In this document: piece after piece, positions 55,110 through 64,000 of the stretch
Numbering within the stretch: the stretch's first letter is position 1
Layout of the letters: each line of letters opens with the position of its first letter
Source of the DNA: Lophium mytilinum
Taxonomy: Eukaryota
NCBI GenBank assembly: GCA_010093605.1
Contig: MU004187.1
Location: forward strand, 1,664,882 to 1,728,881
Direction: 5' to 3'
Length of the DNA: 64,000 nt
Translations under genes and position numbers: made by a program
The notes under the pieces: generated by a model
Told to the model about the DNA's origin: nothing
The model's database searches: none
The model's input: only the letters and a program-made list of their open reading frames with translations

Positions 55110-56112
55110 GGCCTGCAAGGAAGCTTGCTGGATGTGAGTGCAAGGGTGTATTCAATTGGGGGTCAAAAGCCTGGCTTGGCGAATGAAGTTAGAGATGCTT
55201 GGCACGCTAGTTTTGTCTCATTCCAACGTCACCTCTTCCGTCCGAACCTCCCAGACACGACAAAGGATCGACAAGATCAAATATGCTGTTTGCTGCTGTA
55301 GCGTGGGCAGAACTGCCTGTACAACAGCTGAGATGGTCATGGGTCACCATGGTCACCAGGGGAAATGTCCCCATTGGCGGCGAAAAGTGGCTCGTTACAT
55401 ATGCGAACGTTACGGCACAGTAGTATCAATGCCGCCTTGCGACTTCTTTTGAAGGAGCGTCTCATGGTAGGCTGCTCAGAAAAGCATCGCGAGGTACGAT
55501 GTTTTTATAACACGCGCTCGGTATTCTCCACGTCATCATCTCGGCAGATTTTTCCGGGTGCCTATGTGCCTGTTATCGCCAACAGAAGCTCAGGAGGCCC
55601 TCGACCCTATGCTCTCTACATCAATCTGCAATCGGAGTGCCTTTGGGTCAGGGGCTATCAACAGGCAAGCGTAAATGAAACGCACAAAAAGCCTGGCAAC
55701 GCTCCCGAAAGGGGTATATTTCCTTGTAGAGCGATACTGTATAACAAATTAGAGCTAGCTCGATACCTTGGAGTTGCGTCAACGTACGGACGACCTTCCA
55801 GCAGCGCAGGCCGAGGCACCCGATATCTAATAGGTGATATTGACCACGGTAAATGCCTGCCAACAAGCGCTCGCCCGCCGTCGACGTAGCCGCACCTCTT
55901 CAACCCGGCCAGGTTGCAACTCACTTTTCCTTCCTTCATCCTACGTTCATCGATAGGTGAATAGAACATGATATGGGTGAATTCGCGATGACACTTAATT
56001 TGAATGCCGAGCGCTTCTAGATTTAACAGGTCCTTTAAACCTGTCTCTCTCTCCTCCACCACAATCACCCCTTCCAAATATTGTCTACCACAACCCCACA
56101 AAGCCCCTAGCT

Positions 56113-57704
56113 ATGGCACCCTTCAGTGCCAGTCCCGTCACACAGCGACCTGACCTCATTGAGGACCTTGTTAACATGATGTCACGACTGACTGTTAGTC
56201 GTGCCCTCCGTAAGATGTAAGGCTTCAATCAGATCTTAATTACTTGTTCAAGGATACTTCGCTGACTTCTTCTAGCGAAGTTACTACAACTCCACCCACA
56301 GGCGTGGCCAGTAACACGAATCCGAACTCAGGTCCCACGCCAAGCCAAGAGCTACCAGCTTCCATCAAGAACTCCCCGCTGTTCCGACTTCCTCGCGAGC
56401 TTCGCGATGAGATTTACGGGTATGTCTTCTACAAACCGAAAGGTCTACGATTCGACGAGAGAACGCGACGACTACGGGGCATGCGCGACTGGGAGAAAGA
56501 GGAATCCCTCGATTTAGCCATAAATTACACTTGCAAGGCTATACATGAGGAAACCCTCGATCTGTCTCTGAAGGTAAACGAGATCCATTTCGGGGCTTCA
56601 CCAAATAGTAGGGGTATAATCTCCTCTGCAACAAGATTCAATATGTTCCTGGAACGCCTGACGCTAGAGCAGCGTCGCCTTTTACGAAACGTTTCGTTGA
56701 TTGAGCACCTGGATAACGACTACATCCCGGACTTGGACTTCATATTGCAGGCTTCACAGAGGGCATCTCTTTTTTGTCAAGAGCTACCTTTACTACATAT
56801 CACATTCGTAATGTACTTTGGGATCAGTTTCTATCCGGTCTCCAATAACGACCCATTCGAGGATGTCGTTCAAAAGCAGAGTTACCGAGGATTTGAGAAG
56901 ATGTCGCAGTGGATGTTGGAGCTGAAGCACGGGAAAGACACGGGGAAGAAATTCTCTTTCAGCATCCAAGTGCCTGACTTGTTCGACCAAGAGTCGATCA
57001 GCCGTTGCTTAAAGGAAGGGACGGTTTGGCCAGTCAATTTCTTCTGGTTCCTCGCCAATCAAGCAACAATCGACGAGATCAATGGCGCTCCATGGGCTCC
57101 GGATTACAACGCGAATACGAAATACTTGGTCCGATGGATTAGGAAGAAGCCGCTACCGGTAAAGCAAGAGACAGGGGACGAGATTGGCTTCTATCTGCCT
57201 AACGACCACGACAGTGAGAGTTCTGATGAGGAGAGTGACAACGAAAGCGAGAGTTCTGAAGAAGATGCGGAGAACCATCAGAACGAGTACACCATTCTGG
57301 ATAGGTACGACTATGACGAATTTATTCGTGAAGAGGCGGAGGCGCGGAAAGCTCTGGGAGAGGACGACGATGCCGGTATCGATGACGAGAGTGGGGAATT
57401 TGATTCCGACGAGGAAAATCACGACAACGAGTACGATGATGACGAGTACGATGAGATTCTTCCGCCTTTATACAACCCATTTTCGCCTTTTAACTGGCGG
57501 CTTTATTTCAAAACACCCTTTTGGCCAGTAGAAAACGACCCGTTCAAGCCCATGACAGAAGACACTTCGTCCAACGCTCCTGGAAACAATGCAAACTGGA
57601 CTCCTACCTCTCACAAGCCTCCCGTAAGCAGCAGCAACTCCTGGTCTCTTCTTTCACCAAAAGCACCAACGTATGGCACCAACGACGATTCTTCTGAGCT
57701 CTAA
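56113..57704 (+). CDS. F-box-like orphan protein with long acidic tail, 2 exons
   Basis: SPLFRLPRELRDEIYGYVF followed by TCKAIHEET..N.IHF; D/E-rich C-terminus; intron ~56210-56275. Confidence 0.7.
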
Positions 57705-58454
57705 AACGGTTCGTCGTTGGCGACGAGGAGATGGGCTGGATCTCTCCCTCGGGGACCTTAAATGCTGCCAAACAACTCTCTACCAGAAGTCGTCTCTTCG
57801 TTTTTAATTTCTAGCGAATGTGTACGTTGTGCTTTCTCTGAGAAAGGACGCTCAAAAACTCCAAAACACCTTTAGCTAATACAATTCTATACCCTTTTCT
57901 ATATAGCAGTGGTGTGACTCGTGAGATATTAAAATCTTTATGTCTCCATACATCCATTTCTCAATCCGCCCACCAAATGGAAGATTTGGAATAGTTAATC
58001 GTAAGGTATGAAGTTCTTGCCGGATGACTTCTCTAAGTTTTGTTCTTTCGATCCTGCGAGAAAGCGGACTAAATCCGGTTTTGGATCGCACACTTCTCTA
58101 TATGCAAATCGCATATGGATGCTGCACGTTTCTAAAGAATACTCAACCATCACTGACCTAGGAGGACTTTCGATCCTAATCTTGCAGATGTGCATCTGCG
58201 CAAACATCGTCTCATTTTCTCCCTACGAATAGTGAGTTATGCCTAAGATAAAGAAAACCTGTAAATTGTCAACACTCGTTCGAGTCAATACTACTCAATG
58301 AGCGAAATAGGTTAGGTAGGCGGGACCCCGCATTTTCAGCCCCCAAATCAAGGCTTCTGCCTGAATAACCTATTCTTAGTTTTCTCTCGTATAAATACTA
58401 CCTCTAAGAGCCATCGATTCTACTTCCTACCACTTTCATCAAGCTGTGTTAATT

Positions 58455-60539
58455 ATGGCAACGGACTGCATAAAACTGAGCCTACAAGGTCTCCCGCTTG
58501 AGATTTTACAGCAGATAGCAGGTCACCTGAACAACTCGCATCGACCGAGTCTTTATGCATTTGGGCTGGCAAGCGAAATTTGCCATGGCGCCACTATTCC
58601 ATCAATCTTTCACCATATCTACCTCACAATCAGCAGTCGCGAGGCATTGCAGCGCGACGTTGATGCCCTGGTTAAGACTCTCTCCCGTACCGCGTCCGCG
58701 CGCCTCGTCCGCTGTCTCAGCATCAAAGGGTTCCTACGTTTGTCTGACAAATCCAAGATCGAGGGGTACAAGTCCTCCTCGTGGAATAGCCGTAGCCAGT
58801 TCGAGGCGACTGGCGTTAACGAAATCTTGCGCGATGAAGAACCGGATTCCCCTTCACCGCATGTCGTCTACGACGAGCCTGTTATCGTGAAATCTTCCGA
58901 GGAGGATCTGGCATGGGTGCCACTCGTCAGTTTGATCAGAACACTGCCACGTCTTACCAAATTAGTATACAACTGCCGGAATCAATTTCCGCCCAGCCTT
59001 CTCGACGCCCTCCACGACCACCATCCCCAATGCAAACTCTACCACCTTACATTTCGATTCCGAACTTTACTGTGGGGCACTCCCTATCCTTATGAGATGG
59101 CCTTGGCCACGTCTCCGTGTTTGTATAGTGTCAAGGTTGCATGCGGTCAGCGGGATTCCGATGGCGACGACGATTTCAACCAAGAAGCGATGATGGAGCT
59201 TGTTGCCGGTCTTGCGCCTAATTTAAAGGAAGTTGTGGTGGTGAACCTTACGCCGGAGAACTCGTGGAGATACAACCGCCGCCCGCGAGAGCCATGGCGA
59301 GGTCTTCCGGGCTTTGTCCCCGGTCGATCTATCGGGTCCTTGACCTCGCTTTCGCTTCTCGGGACGGTGGCCTTGACCTCGCTTTCGTTCCTCTCGGCGG
59401 TGGATGTGACACGGTGGGATCTGCTCCAGACTTGGGCCAGGCACACAGAGTTCAGCCAGCTGCGTCACCTGGCCCTGGGCGGAGGTTACGGATGTGAAGG
59501 CATTGGGATAAATGACCAGGAGATGGAGTGGATCGCTCAGAATTGCGCGTTCCCCCGATTGAAGACACTTCGAATTCGTCTGACACGCAACGACATGCAC
59601 GTTGAGAGACCGAATTACGCTAACAATGCCATTGCCCTTTTAGAGGCATTCGAGCCTCTCGATCAGCTTGAGGTGTCCGGGCCCCTCGAACCCAAGATCC
59701 TGGACGCCATTCTACACCGACACGGGCAGACGTTGAAAAAGCTAAGTCTACGTCCTTCCGAGCGAAGTTCCACTGCAGACAACCTTACACTTCGACGACA
59801 CATACCTATGACACTCGCAAAGGAGCATGTTCTGCAAATCCACGCCCAGTGTCCGGCGTTGCAGGAGCTAGCTGTTCCGGTGAAACGTACCAAGTCCGAT
59901 GCGCTCGAGGCTGAGATTTACAAGAGCTTCGGCAAGATGGGACGATTAAAATCGCTCTTCCTTACCTTAGACTGTTCTGACTGGCGGGTGTGTCGAGACC
60001 CCAATTCGATAGACGACGCTTCATTTGATGCAGCCGATCGCGAGACCTACAAATGGTCGGGGTTCTTGAAAAAGGGCTATGTGCGAGAAACCTTGATGAA
60101 CTGCGCAGTCGATGAGACGCTAGCCCGATCGATCTGGGAGACCATCTGCCAGAGCGAGACCGGCCAAGATCTGGAGTCTCTCAAGTTGTGGACCACGGGC
60201 GGCGGCGAATGGGGTAATTACGGAGGCAACGGTGGTATACCACTCGTTGTCAATAATCTGAGTCGTTCGTGGTTGATTGAGCGAGTTGCTCGAGACGACA
60301 AGGGTATTATTAACGTTAGGGAATTGGGTCGGAGAGTGAGGGAGGTCCGCGATCAGGAGGTGACAGATGGGTACAAACGGCGAGCGGAGCGTGTGGGATA
60401 TGAAAGGTATATTGTCATGGAGCCGGAGGATGTGGCGGAAGAAGATGAGACCGTGCAAGTATTTCGCCGTGCTTGGCCCCGCAAGAAGGGCAGCAAGGAT
60501 TGGCGTGAAGATTGGTCAAGTTTTCCTCTGCAGGTGTAA
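58455..60539 (+). CDS. F-box-like / LRR-like orphan protein (intronless)
   Basis: ~694-aa ORF; N-terminal LQGLPLEILQQIAGHL; repeated LxxLxL strands (LTKLVY, LKEVVV, LRHLAL, LKTLRI, LKKLSL, LQELAV, LKSLFL). Confidence 0.78.
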   Translation: MATDCIKLSLQGLPLEILQQIAGHLNNSHRPSLYAFGLASEICHGATIPSIFHHIYLTISSREALQRDVDALVKTLSRTASARLVRCLSIKGFLRLSDKSKIEGYKSSSWNSRSQFEATGVNEILRDEEPDSPSPHVVYDEPVIVKSSEEDLAWVPLVSLIRTLPRLTKLVYNCRNQFPPSLLDALHDHHPQCKLYHLTFRFRTLLWGTPYPYEMALATSPCLYSVKVACGQRDSDGDDDFNQEAMMELVAGLAPNLKEVVVVNLTPENSWRYNRRPREPWRGLPGFVPGRSIGSLTSLSLLGTVALTSLSFLSAVDVTRWDLLQTWARHTEFSQLRHLALGGGYGCEGIGINDQEMEWIAQNCAFPRLKTLRIRLTRNDMHVERPNYANNAIALLEAFEPLDQLEVSGPLEPKILDAILHRHGQTLKKLSLRPSERSSTADNLTLRRHIPMTLAKEHVLQIHAQCPALQELAVPVKRTKSDALEAEIYKSFGKMGRLKSLFLTLDCSDWRVCRDPNSIDDASFDAADRETYKWSGFLKKGYVRETLMNCAVDETLARSIWETICQSETGQDLESLKLWTTGGGEWGNYGGNGGIPLVVNNLSRSWLIERVARDDKGIINVRELGRRVREVRDQEVTDGYKRRAERVGYERYIVMEPEDVAEEDETVQVFRRAWPRKKGSKDWREDWSSFPLQV
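59338..59403 (+). repeat. In-frame 33-bp tandem duplication
   Basis: CCTTGACCTCGCTTTCG...GGTGG occurs twice, encoding LTSLSLLGTVA / LTSLSFLSAVD. Confidence 0.85.
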
Positions 60540-63069
60540 TGTTTCTATAGATATTGATAAATATATTACAACCACTATGTCTCTACAAAGTCTTTTAAAC
60601 CCTTAGAAGCCACCAGCTGAGGAGACGCCGGCATTCCATCTATTTTGCGAGATACAGGGATAGGACTTCTAGGGAGGTGGATCTTCTGATCGGAGATGCT
60701 CTGCTGAAGCGCTGGAAGCACGCGAAGTGAAGTTACAGCTTTCACCCTAATGTGAAAATATGGAGAATCGTACGTATCTCGAGGATCGCTTGCTATATCT
60801 CTCGCCTCCGTTTGTCTATTTATCATTCTCCTCTTCCAACTCAGCTTGATTAGCAAGGATAAATAATGGCTCAGCAGCTGTGAATCTCAAGGTATTCAGA
60901 ATGCTTTGAGTGCAGTCGTTGAGGGCATCTGGCGGTGGTAGAGCTGGAATTTCAGTAGGTGACTGCAAGTGCGATGGCGAAGAGACGTAGGGGTAGTTCT
61001 ATGTGCACCCCCCTATTGTTCGAGATTGGATTCTCGCCTAGATTGTCCGTAAATCGCCTATCTTAGGCCATATTGACTAATTTTTTTGACATTAGCTAAG
61101 TTCAAAAAATCGAAGCATATGCGAAGAGCTGTGGCTTACGATGTACGGAGTACGAGGTAAATGGCGCTAAACCGGGAATGGTATCGGGCTCATCCTTAAA
61201 CAAACGCAGCCTCAACACCTCCAGCATCCTTTACTCACTATGCAGGGGGGAACTGATAGAATGTACAGCCTTGCTTCACACACGCGTCGAATAGACCGTA
61301 AGAGTTCTCTGGAAGAGCTAAGAAGAAGCGGGCAATAGAATATGCACTATAAGAATTGCTTGGAAGCGACCAACCGGACTCAGAAATTCATTTCCACGCA
61401 AGTAAGATGTTGGGAGACGAAGCAAGGGTACACTAAGCTATAGCGTTATAGTGAATGAGGATGCAAAGACAACGGAAGGAGTTCAGGGCGTGAGAGATGA
61501 TGGTGCTGACACACCTGATGAATATGTAAGTCATCTCGAGTAATTGCCCGGTAGGTCTACTTTCGAGTACATCGATCCAGATGCCTCGATATCAGGGCCA
61601 CCATGGAGTAGCTTCGGGTGATCGGGGGACTCCAGTTCTCTAAGTCATTTTTCATGTGCTCGGTCCATCTCCAAAGTCCACTCCGACTCGGGAGAGCCAC
61701 AGGTGGCGCAGCCGCAGAAATGCTGCGAATCGACATTTGACATCGGCATCGGCCTTAAAAACCAGAACAGCATTTCTTCTGCTGCTTTCCTGAACCCGGC
61801 ATCTGGCAAAGCCACTTATTCACTAATGCATTTTCGCCCCAGCCAGGAACTACAGAAGACTATACCTACATCTTCCCTTCACATCTTCATCCACACTTTC
61901 ACTCGTATCTCCATTGACATCTCGAAATGATGAGAAAGCTCAAATCCATGCTCTTGATACGGCTGAAAAGTCACTCACCATCTCCTCTCATTCCGTACAC
62001 ACTCCGCTACGCCACTGTCATCTCTACACGCCTTGCTAGGATCATTCAGTGGCTCGAACGTCGTGACCAATACCAGCAAGTCCACTCCCAATAACCAGAG
62101 TCGACATCCGTGCGTATTCGATCCTTCAAGATTACTAAGGAAAGCAGCCACGACGCTGTCCATAGATGGATGACCCGAAGCAAGGAATTTGATAAAACGC
62201 CGGCTTAGAGGATGGAGTGATGTCGGCCAAATCTTGCACGGATATCTCTATCCCGATCTTCCTCTTTGAGGCTAATCCGTCCAGCTGCCTCGACTCGGGG
62301 ATCTGGCCTGTCACGCGGACTGCCAATGCTGGACTGCTTCAAGGCTTAGCTTCCGTGTCACGTCGCAGATCTATGTTCGCAGCATGCGCTTGTAATATTG
62401 AGACTTCGACTTTGAACCAGGACGAGTGCCCGTAGTGACGAGCAATGCAGATCAGCGAGACAGAAAGAAGGGACCTGGAGACACAAGCATATGGGACTAA
62501 CAGCAGTGCGAATGATAACCTAGTACCGCCAGCGAGAGCCAACAGACTTCTCTTTGTATGCTCCTTTTGCGTCCAAAATCAACTATTCCACTCACTGTAC
62601 GGACTGGTAAGGCCTACCGGAGTAGAAGCGATTGTGGTAGTTTATTGGCCCAATTTGTCGATCTCCCCATTTTTACATCGCGTGAAAGCGTGCAGATGAA
62701 AATGAGATGATTTCGTCATTCGCACATAGCAAAACGATATCCTGTGCTTGATCACAGTACTGGGACATACGTTTCGGCAGGTTCTCTTATCATCTCCTCC
62801 CCAATTATGACAGGGAGGAGCGGTGAGGCTTGAGGGCTGGGGCAGGCGCGTGCGTATACCCTTACTTTCCTCCAGGCCTTTCTCTCTCCCTCTCTCTCCT
62901 CAACATTCTCATCGTCGTCACCGAATACAGCGCAAGCAACATCTCTACTCTCTTGTTACTTGACTAGACTTGTGGCAGTTTTCAGGCCAATCAATCGTTA
63001 ACTTTCCAAAGCCTCTTCTCAAGAAACGCAGTCCTCAAAACACCATTCTTCGTTTACCAGCAGTCACGC

Positions 63070-64000
63070 ATGGCTCCCAACGCTCTGCGGCTCACCGTCG
63101 CTCTTGTAGCACTCACTTCCTTCGCCATCTCATCACAGGCAGCCCAAGTCACTTCATCAGAGGCAGGCCATATCACTTCATCACAGGCAGCCCAACCCGC
63201 CTCATCACAGGCAGCCCCCACCTCATCACAGGCAGTCCCAGTCGCCCCATCACGGGCAGTCCAAGTCACATCATCAGAGGGAAGCCATGTCGCCTCATCA
63301 CAGCCAGCCCAAGTCGCTTCATCACAGGCCCTGACTTGCCCGCATTCGGGTTACAGCCCTGACCCTGCTTTGTTTATGTTCGAGTGGCCGCCATCCTGCC
63401 CGGCAGTCCAACCCGCCTCATCACAGGCAGTCCCAGTCACCTCATCACAGGCAATCCAAGTCAGGCTGAAGCCCTGGTTTCATGTTAAGCAAGGGCCGAT
63501 GAGTATCGGTGGCTGCGACAGTCATCTCGAGAAACTGGAAGCAGCGTACGAGGAGGCCATCATCCTGGCTCAAGGGGGAGCAGAATGGATGGAAAAGCTT
63601 CGCCAACCTCGACCGAACAGGACTGAGGACCGTCTTGGGTACTTGCACTGGAACAAAGCAAGCAAGTCCGTCTACGATATTTTCGGCATTACGGTCGACC
63701 CCTGGGACGAAATCCCACCTCGTAAGGTCAGATCTGCGTTGGAATACATTGGGAACGCCTACAGAGCTGTTGCAGAGCATGCCTTCGAGACGGAGAGTCT
63801 CCAGGACCCGATTGCGCGACCGAAGCTTTTCTGTGGAGACAAGTTCGCTACGAAAATCAAGAAAGCATCAGACATTCAGGATGAGAAGCTTAGATCTGAA
63901 TATTGGTCTGGTGTCGTCGGCACACTCGCAAACGTCGATCCCGGAGATGGTCTAGGAGTCACACAACCGTGGACAACGCTACTCAACACTGATGACTTTT
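63070..64000 (+). CDS. Secreted protein with S/Q/A-rich repeat stalk and possible zincin-like domain; 3'-partial
   Basis: Frame open from ATG 63070 to the window end, so absent from the ORF track: MAPNALRLTVALVALTSFAISSQA signal peptide, SSQAxxVx repeats, then GGCDSHLEKLEAAYEEAIILA..DIFG..KLFCGD. Confidence 0.8.
   Translation, partial: MAPNALRLTVALVALTSFAISSQAAQVTSSEAGHITSSQAAQPASSQAAPTSSQAVPVAPSRAVQVTSSEGSHVASSQPAQVASSQALTCPHSGYSPDPALFMFEWPPSCPAVQPASSQAVPVTSSQAIQVRLKPWFHVKQGPMSIGGCDSHLEKLEAAYEEAIILAQGGAEWMEKLRQPRPNRTEDRLGYLHWNKASKSVYDIFGITVDPWDEIPPRKVRSALEYIGNAYRAVAEHAFETESLQDPIARPKLFCGDKFATKIKKASDIQDEKLRSEYWSGVVGTLANVDPGDGLGVTQPWTTLLNTDDF
63129..63463 (+). repeat. Coding minisatellite, ~24-bp unit
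   Basis: About 9 tandem units of YTCATCACAGGCAGYCCAAGTCRC at 63129-63330 plus 2-3 more at ~63400-63463. Confidence 0.9.

Noticed and set aside
60600..62900. Possible decayed gene in the long gap before the secreted protein
   Set aside because: Frames I translated were stop-ridden with no recognisable motif; needs blastx to decide.

Overview
Eukaryotic, intron-containing sequence from a filamentous ascomycete (inferred from RIP-type decay, short GT-AG introns with CTRAC branch sites and gene content). Left edge (1-~2290): AT-rich, RIP-decayed Ty3/Gypsy-like gag relic with a 40-N gap, then a decayed tandem repeat, a tRNA-like remnant and a CYP52-like P450. Middle (~6.6-55 kb): dense core-gene block (Bqt4-like, RDI1, APL6, PPG1, URK1, GID8, CLP1, ARG82, DUF3405, SHP1, MIM1, OXA1, KDM5, SLX1, CDC8). 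Right edge: two F-box-like orphans and a secreted repeat protein that runs off the window. Best leads: (1) two divergent paralogues sharing an unnamed ~190-aa domain with transcription-factor-like architecture, one intronless and one with three introns; (2) two intronic C/D snoRNA candidates in GID8; (3) a hypothetical protein resembling SWSAP1-type Rad51 paralogues; (4) an internally deleted Mutator-like element retaining its DNA-binding ORF and TIRs. Family assignments and reference sequences are from recall, not searches; exon boundaries were read by eye.
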